NCBI GenBank assembly: GCA_029940695.1
Contig: JAPYUP010000001.1
Location: 4,912 to 68,911, forward strand
Source of the DNA: Candidatus Thalassarchaeaceae archaeon
GTDB lineage: Archaea; Thermoplasmatota; Poseidoniia; Poseidoniales; Thalassarchaeaceae
DNA length: 64,000 nucleotides
Direction: 5' to 3'
The notes under the pieces were generated by a model. It did not search any database. It worked only from the letters and a program-made list of their open reading frames with translations, and was not told the DNA's origin. Made by a program: the position numbers and the translations under genes. Shown here one piece after another: positions 36,361-46,001 of this stretch; within the stretch, counting starts at the first letter, position 1; each line of letters begins with the position of its first letter.

Positions 36361-37523
36361 TCGGAAATTTCGATTCGGCCGCTTCTGACTGGTAACGACT
36401 TTGAGACTATTGGATTATCAGCACTTTCCATAGTTAATGGTTGAACCCACACGGTGTTTATGCCCAATCTATTTCTCGTTTTGATTGTACCATCCGACTG
36501 ATCGCCCACGGGCCATGCCCTGCATTCGAAAACTAATTCCCAATGCACAGCTATCAGGGGCGAGTAGATTGATCCGGGCCATTGGCTCTTCGGTAATTCC
36601 AAGGGCCAACCAGTAACTTGGCCGTTTTCATCTTGTTTTTGTGTTTGGAAATAATCTTGAGAGAATTCGGACCATTTCCCATATTCGGATGCTCGTAGAG
36701 GCTCTAGCATCATTACTCTGCTGTTTGGAACCTGCATGGGGGTAGCCTCCCCAACCCCAGTACCTATCTCGTCACCTGTGTTGATTCGTTTTTCTGGTAG
36801 TTTGGTCGACATCCCGGGCGCTGGCTGCCCCCCCTCTTTCCTTTCAAGCGCTCGTATGAGGGTATCTCTCTCCGGTACTGCTATTCCAACTTGGATTCTA
36901 GCTCTGCCTATACTAACGGATTCGGGCATATTTGGCAAGGTTGTTATTGTCACCCCACTCCTCGATATTTTGGTGCATACTTGCAAGTCAGTTAGGGGAC
37001 TAGAAAGTAGTAATCTTTGCCTTTTTAAATCTCTCATGTTGGCAATCATTCTGAATATCAATGGAAGAAGAAATATTGGGAATGAGATGAATAGTAGTTT
37101 TGGATAATATAGCGGACCAAACTTAAATGATCCAGCAAATGACTTTGATACGATGCCTAGGGAGACTAATCCTGGTTCAATTGCGTGAATAAACAGTGAA
37201 ATAATCAGCAGAATGACAGTTGGTGCAATCAGTTTCCGAGAAATGCTGTGGAGAGGGTCTGGTATGACGTACCAGCCCCTTCGAGTCTTGTCTATGAAAT
37301 TCGGTGGATGTTCATTGATTTGACATTCAATCACTGGTAAATGGCGGTAGTCATCTGAGAATTCTTTCCACTCTATGAACCAATCATCATTAGCACCAAT
37401 CTTGAATTTCGGGATTGGGCTATGGTTGGTTTCAACAACCACTTCCAACGCTGGTATCTGGCTCGGATCCATCTGTGATGGTTCAAAGGGGGGATATCTG
37501 ATTCTTTGAACTGAAAGCGACAA
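36354..37523 (-). CDS. Hypothetical protein with two central TM helices
   Basis: Long ORF directly downstream of the geranylgeranyl reductase. Start uncertain (TTG 37523 or ATG 37472). Confidence 0.7.
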   Translation of the reverse strand: MSLSVQRIRYPPFEPSQMDPSQIPALEVVVETNHSPIPKFKIGANDDWFIEWKEFSDDYRHLPVIECQINEHPPNFIDKTRRGWYVIPDPLHSISRKLIAPTVILLIISLFIHAIEPGLVSLGIVSKSFAGSFKFGPLYYPKLLFISFPIFLLPLIFRMIANMRDLKRQRLLLSSPLTDLQVCTKISRSGVTITTLPNMPESVSIGRARIQVGIAVPERDTLIRALERKEGGQPAPGMSTKLPEKRINTGDEIGTGVGEATPMQVPNSRVMMLEPLRASEYGKWSEFSQDYFQTQKQDENGQVTGWPLELPKSQWPGSIYSPLIAVHWELVFECRAWPVGDQSDGTIKTRNRLGINTVWVQPLTMESADNPIVSKSLPVRSGRIEISDY

Positions 37524-37527
37524 TTGT

Positions 37528-38733
37528 CTAACCCCATAGAACTGCCATTGCTGCCCTACCAGCAAGTTTCCTAAACTCTGGAATTTCCCTGAGCATTTGA
37601 ATCCCCAACGGAATTGGATTATCGATATCCCCTACTTCGTTAATCAAGTCAATTACTTCTGGTTTGGACCATATCTGGAAAATTTCATCCAATTCATGGT
37701 CCGTCGACTCTGTGAGAAATGCATTTCTAAGGGCCTTTTTCCTCCTCTGATTACTTCTCATATCATTTAATAATCTAGAGATAGCCAGCATCCTCTTGAC
37801 TGAGAGATTACCTTCGTTCAATGCAAGGCTGAGTTCAGGTACTAACAGGTCGACCTGTTTGATGCCTGGTCCTATCCCCCCGCCAGTAGTGGGCTTGCAT
37901 AACCCCGCAGCATCCCCGAATAGGGCCACCCTTTCGATTAGTGGGCGCTTGACTAGGCCACTCGGTATGGGGCCGCAATATCGACCAATCTCATTGCACT
38001 GAGCGAATCGGGCGGACCAAGGGTTACTACTCTGAAGCTTAGACAACAAGTCCTCGCATGAACGGCCATTGAGCAAGTCAGCTTTTGTCCAAGTCCCAAT
38101 TCTTGTTGTTTCGCCTGACGGAATGGCCCAAGCAAAAAACCCAGGAGAGTATTCACTTCCAGTGTACATGTCCAACTTGCCGTCTTCACCATGGTAACCA
38201 GTCACTTCCACTTGGAAGCCAATCATTTGCTCCTTCGGATTCCCCATTCGGAATTTCCTTCGCACCCAAGAATGCGCGCCATCAGCCCCACAAAGTAACT
38301 TTGCATTGACCTGCAAATCACCATCTGGAGTTTCGACAATGAGGGAAACATGCTCTGCATGAACCTTCGCAGAAGTGGGTTTACTGGATAAAAGAAACTT
38401 TGCTCCGTTATTGATAGCCTGCAAGACAATTGCTTCGTCGAATAGCTTCCTGCATACTGACCATGTGCGAATTCTACTAGGGTCGCCAATTTCGACAGCA
38501 GTGCCTGAGGGACTATGGATTCTGGCGCCCCAAATCCCAGACAAGATAGTTTGCTCCAGACCAACAGCAGACATTGCTCCGGGATTGACTAGTCCAGCAC
38601 ACTGAAAGGGACGGCCGACCTCTGAATGTTCCTCAATCAGCAAAACACTGTGGCCATGCTCGCAGAATCTCCGTGAGAGGTAACCTCCGATGGGTCCTGC
38701 ACCAACTACGACGACGTCGTACTGTGCAATCAT
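37528..38733 (-). CDS. Geranylgeranyl reductase family (digeranylgeranylglycerophospholipid reductase-like)
   Basis: VVGAGP.G, G.P.QCAG, R..FD, GADG..S.V, PGFFAW.IP, GDAAG..KPTTGGGI. Confidence 0.9.
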   Translation of the reverse strand: MIAQYDVVVVGAGPIGGYLSRRFCEHGHSVLLIEEHSEVGRPFQCAGLVNPGAMSAVGLEQTILSGIWGARIHSPSGTAVEIGDPSRIRTWSVCRKLFDEAIVLQAINNGAKFLLSSKPTSAKVHAEHVSLIVETPDGDLQVNAKLLCGADGAHSWVRRKFRMGNPKEQMIGFQVEVTGYHGEDGKLDMYTGSEYSPGFFAWAIPSGETTRIGTWTKADLLNGRSCEDLLSKLQSSNPWSARFAQCNEIGRYCGPIPSGLVKRPLIERVALFGDAAGLCKPTTGGGIGPGIKQVDLLVPELSLALNEGNLSVKRMLAISRLLNDMRSNQRRKKALRNAFLTESTDHELDEIFQIWSKPEVIDLINEVGDIDNPIPLGIQMLREIPEFRKLAGRAAMAVLWG

Positions 38734-38760
38734 GTGAATACACCTAAGACCGGAGTACTA

Positions 38761-41022
38761 CTATTTTCCCCTTCGTTTGGACTGGATTCGCTTCTTGAGA
38801 ATGCCAATCAGACTACTGGCATCCATCTTTGCGATGGATTCGATGGATTCGCTACGGACTAGTTCGACTGCTTCTTCAACAGTCACGCCAAGATTTTCGG
38901 ACATCGATCGAATGGTGCTGATTTGTCTCTCAGTCGCAGGTGAGGAATTATCTAGGATTATCAGTTTATCAATGACTTCGCTTGCAGTGCCATCCCGGCC
39001 ACCAGTAAGAGAATCGATTTCAATAACCCCCTGCTCCTTAAGGAACACATCCAAATCGATCGCCAGTTTGTCGGCTAGTTTTATGATCAAGGCTACCTGC
39101 TTCTCACTGGCTGGAACTCCCCCTTGTATCTGATTACTGAGAGAATCGATGACCCTCCTAATATCATCTCCAGAAAGTGCCCCTATGTCGTCCACCCCAA
39201 GAATCTCGTGTTTTTCTTCCTCTGTCATCCGACTGATCATGCTATCGAGGTATTGCAATTGACGCAGTGTCGGTTTTTTCCTCCTGCGTTCAAGAGCGTT
39301 GTTATGCATCCCCCTAAACACATCAACAAAATCATTCCACGTAGCCGCAGCATCAGCATTTCCAAGCTCAATCTTGTCTAAGCTTTGTTCCATCGATGAA
39401 GTAAATTCGGATGTGAACAAGCCGTCCACAATGAGTGCATCTTGGTTGTAATGGGGAACAACATCGAGCCATAGTAGCCTCCCATTGGAAGTTGGTGAGA
39501 GAGAGCGGCCGTCCTTGTCCACGTAACCCCTGTCCACTAGTTTTGTCACCGTGGACACGTAGGTAGAGGGCCTACCTATGCCCGCACTCTTCATTTGTAG
39601 GATAATGGAACTCTCCGAGAACCTTCTGGGGGGCTTAGTCACATCAGTAGTTAGAGTTGGTTCCCCATCGAATTCCCATGCAGAGCCAATTATGAATCCA
39701 GATTCTGGAGGCTTTGTTGCTACATTTGACATATACTTGGAAAAAGCTGCTTCCCATCCAGCGTGAGTTCTCCAACTTGAAGTCCCATAGAGTGGTAAAT
39801 CCAAACCTTCGCATGACATGACAATCTGTCGTCTCTCCCTTACCGAATCAGACATTTGACTGGCAGCGAAACGTGCCCAAACTAACGAATAGAGGGCACC
39901 TTCGTCCTTGTCGGAATCGATCGACTCCACATTTGGGTCGGTGGGACGTATTGCTTCGTGAGCATCCTGAACCTTGCTTTTGGAAGATTTCTTAGATTCG
40001 CCCACACCACTGCCGAGGTGATTTGTACCGAACTTCTTGGAAATCAAATCCCTAATACTCTCTCTCGCGTCAGCATTAGTCCTAGTAGAGTCCGTTCTAA
40101 TGTAGGTAATGTGGCCAGCTTGATAAAGAGAGGAAGCTACACCACTGGTCTTGGAAATTGACCATCCTAAGTTAGAGTTTGCCGATTGCAGCATGGTATC
40201 GGTAGTAAACGGTGGTTTAGGTCGCCTCCTAATTATTCCATCCTCCACAGATTCTACAGTTAGTGAGTCCGATCCCCGGAGCGCGTCATATGCGGAATTA
40301 GCCAGTTTAGAATTTGATGTTCTATCGGGGCGGTGCTTCCCATCATCGCCCGTCCAAGATTCAGAATCAGTTTTCTCATGGAACTTCACTTTCAGATTGA
40401 CGCCATTTGAATCGACAGATACGGAGTGGTACTCCTTTGGAACATGGGCTTCCCTCTCCAGTTCCCTATCCACTACGAAACCAAGTGCCGGCGTCTGCAC
40501 CCTCCCCATAGACCTAAGCTTCCACGATCTACAGAATTTCGAGCATCTATATCCGACTAGCCTATCCATGAATCGCCTAACCAAGGCCGCTTTTACAAGA
40601 TCCATATCCAGACTACGAGAGTTCTTCAGTGCATCAGTTACAGCCTTCTTGGTGATTTCGTTGAACGAAACTCTGGTTACTGAGGCGAATTCAGAAAAGA
40701 TGATTTCCAACCGCCAGGCAATGAATTCGCCCTCGCGATCAGGATCGGTAGCGATGAATACCTCTTCCACTCCAGAAGCTGAGGCTTTGGCAATGATTTT
40801 CCCGATGATAGATTCAGCCCTATCGGTCCACATCCATGGGGGATTAGGGAGCTCACCTGGTTTGGAAGCCCAGAGTGCTTTGGAGCTATCCTTCGTACCC
40901 CTTTTTGATGGTAAGTCTTGTACGTGGCCGTTGCATGCCTCGACAATCCAACCCTTGCCGAGGTATTTCTTGATAGTACGAGCCTTCGCCTTCGATTCTA
41001 GAATTACAAGTTTCATGTTCAC
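38761..41022 (-). CDS. topA: DNA topoisomerase IA
   Basis: LES.AKA.TI, GH..DL, ATDPDREGE, GRVQTP, ITYIRTDS, AHEAIRPT, GIGRPSTY. Confidence 0.97.
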   Translation of the reverse strand: MNMKLVILESKAKARTIKKYLGKGWIVEACNGHVQDLPSKRGTKDSSKALWASKPGELPNPPWMWTDRAESIIGKIIAKASASGVEEVFIATDPDREGEFIAWRLEIIFSEFASVTRVSFNEITKKAVTDALKNSRSLDMDLVKAALVRRFMDRLVGYRCSKFCRSWKLRSMGRVQTPALGFVVDRELEREAHVPKEYHSVSVDSNGVNLKVKFHEKTDSESWTGDDGKHRPDRTSNSKLANSAYDALRGSDSLTVESVEDGIIRRRPKPPFTTDTMLQSANSNLGWSISKTSGVASSLYQAGHITYIRTDSTRTNADARESIRDLISKKFGTNHLGSGVGESKKSSKSKVQDAHEAIRPTDPNVESIDSDKDEGALYSLVWARFAASQMSDSVRERRQIVMSCEGLDLPLYGTSSWRTHAGWEAAFSKYMSNVATKPPESGFIIGSAWEFDGEPTLTTDVTKPPRRFSESSIILQMKSAGIGRPSTYVSTVTKLVDRGYVDKDGRSLSPTSNGRLLWLDVVPHYNQDALIVDGLFTSEFTSSMEQSLDKIELGNADAAATWNDFVDVFRGMHNNALERRRKKPTLRQLQYLDSMISRMTEEEKHEILGVDDIGALSGDDIRRVIDSLSNQIQGGVPASEKQVALIIKLADKLAIDLDVFLKEQGVIEIDSLTGGRDGTASEVIDKLIILDNSSPATERQISTIRSMSENLGVTVEEAVELVRSESIESIAKMDASSLIGILKKRIQSKRRGK

Positions 41023-41132
41023 ACCTTGCTATTGACCTCTAGGTTCCCGGTGCCGGTACGAACCATGTATAAACGTGAGCAGTCAATACGAATTCCAACG
41101 CGCGTGAGCGCAGGCCTGCGCGTGAAGCCGAA

Positions 41133-41585
41133 CTAAGAGAGTAGTGATTCTCTATGAGCCTGCTCATCCCATTCTTTATCGAACGCAGGGCCAAGACATC
41201 CGTCACATCCCGGGTATCCTGCTTCGGCTAATTGTAGTAAATTTTCACAAAGCAATTCACTGAATCTCTTTGTCTCAACTGGAATCCATATTGCCTCCAA
41301 GGATGTTGGCTTATTGTTACCAACGATGGCAATCAATCTATCGTCCTTGTAGAAAGTCAAGTGTTGAGGTGTTCCTTCTGAATATTGGAGAGTTTCTACA
41401 TTAATGACTAGAGATGGTGCAATTTCGTTAATCTCCAACATTCTAGAGTTGTCATGGTTCCAATAATTATCGGACTCCCATTTGGAGTGTGACTCACCTG
41501 AACAGGGGATAATTGTCACAGGAGACAGCTTTAGAATCAGCCTTGCCAATTCGGCAATGGCGGTTTCTCCAGTTGTTGCGGTCAT
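41133..41585 (-). CDS. Hypothetical protein with a C-terminal CxxC
   Basis: 150-aa ORF ending AEAGYPGCDGC...WDE. Confidence 0.7.
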   Translation of the reverse strand: MTATTGETAIAELARLILKLSPVTIIPCSGESHSKWESDNYWNHDNSRMLEINEIAPSLVINVETLQYSEGTPQHLTFYKDDRLIAIVGNNKPTSLEAIWIPVETKRFSELLCENLLQLAEAGYPGCDGCLGPAFDKEWDEQAHRESLLS

Positions 41586-41637
41586 GCTACTCTATTCTTG
41601 CGCAACGATTGAAGAATAAGTGCCTTTAGCCACAACG

Positions 41638-42741
41638 ATGGGGTTAGCATGGAGAATGCTTGCTAATCCAACATTAAAGATGATTGATTCGGAACGCGCG
41701 CACTCTCGCACCATCTCTTTGCTATCTAGATTAGGTGAGAGGCCAACCGGACAGTATTTCCTAAACCAGATATATCGTTCGCCCGAACTCCCAATAGAAG
41801 TCTTCGATATGCTATTTCATCATCCTTTGGGGCTAGCGGCCGGTTTTGACAAGGGTGCGGAAGCTCTGCTATCTTGGCCTGCACTTGGATTCTCATGGAG
41901 CGAGTATGGGGGAGTAACTCGCTATCCCCAAGATGGTAATCCCAAGCCAAGGATGTTCAGAGCTAACAAAGACAGGGCATTGGTGAATAACATGGGACTC
42001 AACAATCCGGGGGCCTCTGCTGTGAGGGACAGGTTAATTGCACGCAAAGCAGTTAATAGATGGCCGAAGTCACCGGTAGCAGCAAACATTGGCCGTTCGC
42101 TAAAGGTGGATAATGAGCACGTTTCTAGTGACTATTCAGCAACTTTGGACATTCTCTGGGATTACGCCGATTTCTTTGTCTTGAACATATCATCACCGAA
42201 CACCCCTGGATTGAGGAATCTGCAAGAAGAAGATCTGCTCGAAGGCGTATTGCGCTCTTGTATTGATATTCGTGGAAGAAAGCACGAATCGAAACCAATC
42301 CTCCTGAAACTCTCTCCTGATTCATCAGACGAAGATACTTTGGAAACTACACGCATAGCAATGGGTCTGGGCATCGATGGCTTCGTAGCAACCAATACCA
42401 CCGTCAGTAGACCTGTACCTCTCACTACACAATCTAGGAAAGCACTTGCTCACGATGGTGGGCTGTCAGGTCGTCCCCTCCATGATAGGGCAATTGAACT
42501 CATCGAACTGGTTTACCAAGAGTCTAGTGGAGAGGTTCCAATAATCGGCGTGGGTGGAATAGAATCCACTGATACTGCATGGAATGCCATCACCTCGGGT
42601 GCTTCGCTTCTACAATTGTATTCTTCTATGGTTTTCAATGGCCCCTCAATCGTCTCGAATATAGTCAAGGGTCTCGTCAGGAAGACCAATGAATCTGGTT
42701 TCTCAGGAATTGGCGAAGCTGTCGGGTACAAACACATTTAG
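41638..42741 (+). CDS. pyrD: Quinone-dependent dihydroorotate dehydrogenase (class 2)
   Basis: D.ERAH, GLAAGFDK, PQ.GNPKPR.FR, N.MG.NN.G, NISSPNTPGLR, KLSPD, TNTT, GGLSG.P. Confidence 0.95.
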   Translation: MGLAWRMLANPTLKMIDSERAHSRTISLLSRLGERPTGQYFLNQIYRSPELPIEVFDMLFHHPLGLAAGFDKGAEALLSWPALGFSWSEYGGVTRYPQDGNPKPRMFRANKDRALVNNMGLNNPGASAVRDRLIARKAVNRWPKSPVAANIGRSLKVDNEHVSSDYSATLDILWDYADFFVLNISSPNTPGLRNLQEEDLLEGVLRSCIDIRGRKHESKPILLKLSPDSSDEDTLETTRIAMGLGIDGFVATNTTVSRPVPLTTQSRKALAHDGGLSGRPLHDRAIELIELVYQESSGEVPIIGVGGIESTDTAWNAITSGASLLQLYSSMVFNGPSIVSNIVKGLVRKTNESGFSGIGEAVGYKHI

Positions 42742-42770
42742 CACTATGCCACCGCACTGAGTTGAAGAAT

Positions 42771-43721
42771 ATGGCCGACCTCTCCGTAGGTGTACCTGGA
42801 TTAGACATGCATAATCCGTTGATGTTGGCCTCCGGAGTGCAAGGGGGCAGTGCTGGGGCGCTGCACAGAGTTGCCGCTAGTGATGCAGGAGGATTGGTGA
42901 CAAAATCCATTGGCCCTGTTCCAAGGGAGATGTATCCAGGGCCGGTATGTGTCGAAGCAATGGACTCCGTTATACTCAATGCGATGGGGCTTCCCAACCC
43001 CGGAGCTGATGCTTTTGCTGAGATCATATCGAATGAGCAATTTTCTAAGCCTGTGTTGGTGTCAATCTTTGGGGGTGACACGGAAAATTTTGTTGAAGTA
43101 GCTCAAAAAATGTCCGAGTCGGGTGCCGAAGCACTAGAACTGAACCTATCCTGCCCCCATTCCAAACCAGGTAGTCGGGAATTGATTATTGGACAACAGC
43201 CAGAATTGATTCGTGAGGTTGTTACAGCAGTCAGGGATGCTGTGGATATTCCCCTGTATGCGAAGTTAACGCCAAACACTAGTAATATTACAATTGAAGC
43301 GAAAGCAGCACTCGAAGCAGGAGCAGATGGTCTATCTCTGATTAACACTGTTTCGGCAATAGAAGTCGACCCCTTCGCAGGGAGGCCGATTATAGGAAAT
43401 CTTCTGTGTGGAATGTCAGGCCCGGCAATCAGGCCAATCGCACAGAGAAAGGTGGCTGAAATCTCCTTGGCGATGCTACGAGGTGAGCTTCCCGCTGCAC
43501 CCATCATAGGAATGGGGGGGATCTGTTCTGGGCTGGATGTTGTCAGATTCGTGATGCTTGGAGCATCGGCAGTTCAGATTGGTAGTGCCTTGATTTGGGG
43601 GGACGTGGATAAATTCAAAGAAATCTCTTTTGAGTTATCTGAATTCATGGATCAAAACGGCTATCAAAATATCTCATCGATGCAGGGGATCGCGCTGGAT
43701 TCATTGGAGGGGTTGTCGTGA
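42771..43721 (+). CDS. pyrD: Class 1 (1B-type) dihydroorotate dehydrogenase, catalytic subunit
   Basis: NP.MLASG, VTKS, LNAMGLPNPG, ELNLSCPH, KLTPN, INT, SGPAIRPIA, IIGMGGI. Confidence 0.9.
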   Translation: MADLSVGVPGLDMHNPLMLASGVQGGSAGALHRVAASDAGGLVTKSIGPVPREMYPGPVCVEAMDSVILNAMGLPNPGADAFAEIISNEQFSKPVLVSIFGGDTENFVEVAQKMSESGAEALELNLSCPHSKPGSRELIIGQQPELIREVVTAVRDAVDIPLYAKLTPNTSNITIEAKAALEAGADGLSLINTVSAIEVDPFAGRPIIGNLLCGMSGPAIRPIAQRKVAEISLAMLRGELPAAPIIGMGGICSGLDVVRFVMLGASAVQIGSALIWGDVDKFKEISFELSEFMDQNGYQNISSMQGIALDSLEGLS

Positions 43722-44701
43722 GTTTGAGAGCCTCTCCCCACAATCGACCACAGCTTGACATGCCTAGGCTTTCAGATGCCTGTACACTCAGGCTGGCTCA
43801 CTCATTTGAGGCCAGGAATTTGATTTCTGTCCCTACCCCCCTCCCTCTAGTCGAAGTACAACACGAAGCCGAAGGAATAGTCACTCTTTGGGTGCAGGTG
43901 CCTCATTCTTTGGCATCACAATATCGACCAGGTCAATACTTCATGTGCTGGAATCCTTATGATTCAACTGGTGGCATGAGTCGTTCTCACCACCACTCTG
44001 AGAAACCATATAGCGTAGGAGACGTGAGAATCGGCCACTCTCATGATAACGAATGGAGTGGAACTGATACAGTGTGTCAGAGCCGTGCATTTCTTGGATT
44101 CACCGTAAAGGACCTGGGGAGACAGAGTGGTGAATTGACAAGAATGAGGGCTGGAGACTGGTTAGCCATTAGGGGCCCATTCGGGACAGCTTTCCCTGAC
44201 ATGAATGCTGGAGTCCGGTTGATTCTGGTATCCGGTGGGATTGGCTCTACTCCCATGCACATGGTAGCCCGAGAAGCGAGGCACAAGCTAGGGGATGGGA
44301 TTCGGATTGAAGCGATCATGGGATTTCGAAATATTGCGGAATCTCATTACATTCCACGAATGGAATCAGTCTGTGACTACCTTCGCATTACAACAGACGA
44401 CGGTTCTCTTGGAACGGCAGGGTTTCCAACGGGTCTTCTTCCTGAATTACTCGACAATACTCACGATGGTCAAACAATACTTCTCACCTGTGGACCAGAG
44501 CCTATGATGGCACCAGTTCTACAGATTGCCGTGGATTCAAAAATCGAATGTTATGCAGCTATGGAGAGATATCTACCCTGTTCAGTAGCCGTCTGCGGTC
44601 TGTGCATGGTCGGAGATCGCCTCACTTGCATAGACGGCCCGGTTATGGAAGGCGACTGGTTGTTACAGCAGGATGATTTCGGCTCAGCACATAATCCCTG
44701 A
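43718..44701 (+). CDS. pyrK: Dihydroorotate dehydrogenase electron-transfer subunit (FAD, 2Fe-2S)
   Basis: PGQY.M, EKPYS, RGPFG, GGIG..P, TDDGS.G, CGPEPM, CSVAVCGLC...CIDGPV. Confidence 0.9.
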   Translation: MSLRASPHNRPQLDMPRLSDACTLRLAHSFEARNLISVPTPLPLVEVQHEAEGIVTLWVQVPHSLASQYRPGQYFMCWNPYDSTGGMSRSHHHSEKPYSVGDVRIGHSHDNEWSGTDTVCQSRAFLGFTVKDLGRQSGELTRMRAGDWLAIRGPFGTAFPDMNAGVRLILVSGGIGSTPMHMVAREARHKLGDGIRIEAIMGFRNIAESHYIPRMESVCDYLRITTDDGSLGTAGFPTGLLPELLDNTHDGQTILLTCGPEPMMAPVLQIAVDSKIECYAAMERYLPCSVAVCGLCMVGDRLTCIDGPVMEGDWLLQQDDFGSAHNP

Positions 44702-44750
44702 GTATTGCCCCAGTAGTCATCCTTAACGAGAGGAGTCAGTAGGGACTAAC

Positions 44751-45134
44751 ATGTCACTCAGTCGTTCCAGCCGACTTCTGGTAGTCGGATTGCTATGTGT
44801 TGCTGTTTTGGGCATGGCGATGATTAGCATTGAGCCAGAAGTACAATACTCCGTGGATGAGGTGCTATCATCGCCCTTGGACTTTGAGGACAGAATAGTA
44901 TTCCTCAGAGGCAAGGTCACAATTGATAGCCTAGATTCGCAGACAAAGACCTTCGATCTTGGTGGCGTTTCAACCTCACTGGTGGTAGATTTCACCGGTG
45001 TAGCCATTCCTGATGGGTTCCACGAGGGACTTACCATAGCTGTTCGCGGCACTTTAATGAACTCTGATGAGGGTTGGATACTAAACGCACATGAAATACA
45101 AACTGGTTGCCCGTCAAAATATCAGGCTGCATAG
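44751..45134 (+). CDS. ccmE: Cytochrome c maturation heme chaperone CcmE (CxxxY variant)
   Basis: N-terminal TM helix, L.G.V, G..P..F.EG....V.G and C-terminal CPSKY. Confidence 0.85.
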   Translation: MSLSRSSRLLVVGLLCVAVLGMAMISIEPEVQYSVDEVLSSPLDFEDRIVFLRGKVTIDSLDSQTKTFDLGGVSTSLVVDFTGVAIPDGFHEGLTIAVRGTLMNSDEGWILNAHEIQTGCPSKYQAA

Positions 45135-45173
45135 CAAAGGGATTATTCATAGGTAACCTCTTCACTGGTCCAT

Positions 45174-45480
45174 TGGGCTAGGGGGAGAGTTGACGTGCTC
45201 TGTATTTCACAAATCGTCAATAATGGTGACCCGAAGTCCGAGGGCGGCGCAGACGAGCCATTGGAACCTCACCGGTTGACGTCGATATCTCGCCCCCAAG
45301 AGATCCAGGTTGGTGAAACCCGATTCCGTAGGGAATCGGTGAAGGCCTTACGCCCGGGAACCAGGTCAGGCGCGGAAGCGAGCAACCCGACCGGGGATGC
45401 TGGATGCCTTGGGAATGCGGGATTGAGGAGATTGGTGTACAAGTCCCTTTGGTGACGAGCGTCCACCGAGGACACGCCCA
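45174..45480 (+). ncRNA. ffs: Archaeal signal recognition particle (7S) RNA
   Basis: Helix-8 signature CCAGGTCAGGCGCGGAAGCGAGCAACC, helix-6-like CCGATTCC-GTAG-GGAATCGG, Alu-like 5' GGGCTAGGGGGAGAGTTGACG..CTCTGTA, and 5' TGGGC / 3' GCCCA closing pairs. About 305 nt. Confidence 0.9.
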
Positions 45481-45481
45481 C

Positions 45482-45964
45482 CTACCTTTCGGGTATTCCT
45501 GAGAGGCCACCCATATGGCACACGGTCTCGAAATTCTCCTTGGAAACGGGTTGCACACTTAGTCTCATGAATCTCTGGAGCAGGGGCATTCCTTCCAACT
45601 CTGAATTGGCACGCAAATCCGGAAGTGGGACGGGGTCAGGCATACTCTGGACGGGTTCGATGTCGACCATGAACCATCGGGGATTCTCGAAAGTTGCCTT
45701 AGTATCGAAATAGTTTGATGTTGGATCTTGTGCAGTGTAGTCAGCATACCCCTCCTTGCATATCCTACCCACGCCCACGACATGGGGGGGCTTGCAATTT
45801 GAATGGTAGAACAGTACCAAGTCATCGAGTTTCATATCGTCCCTCATGAAATTCCTAGCTTGGTAGTTCCTCACCCCATCCCAATGAGTAGATCCATCGT
45901 CTACTAACTGGCTCCAGGGATATACATGTGGTTCGCTCTTCATCAGCCAATAATTATCTGACAT
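45482..45964 (-). CDS. EVE domain protein (thymocyte nuclear protein 1-like)
   Basis: YWLMKSEP, WDGVRNYQARNFMR, FYHSNC, YFD.K....NPRW..VD, RLSVQPV. Confidence 0.94.
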   Translation of the reverse strand: MSDNYWLMKSEPHVYPWSQLVDDGSTHWDGVRNYQARNFMRDDMKLDDLVLFYHSNCKPPHVVGVGRICKEGYADYTAQDPTSNYFDTKATFENPRWFMVDIEPVQSMPDPVPLPDLRANSELEGMPLLQRFMRLSVQPVSKENFETVCHMGGLSGIPER

Positions 45965-46001
45965 GAGTCGCGCTTGGGATACAATCAATCAAGGTGTCGT
46001 G

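Noticed and set aside
40151-41035. 294-aa plus-strand ORF
   Set aside because: It is an antisense shadow of topA. The same applies to 24507-25082 (pntB), 59403-59996 (YdeP), 22162-22698 and most other short overlapping ORFs in the track.
45195-45558. Short ORFs on both strands (45195-45455, 45217-45558, 45269-45481)
   Set aside because: They overlap the SRP RNA and have no protein-like features.
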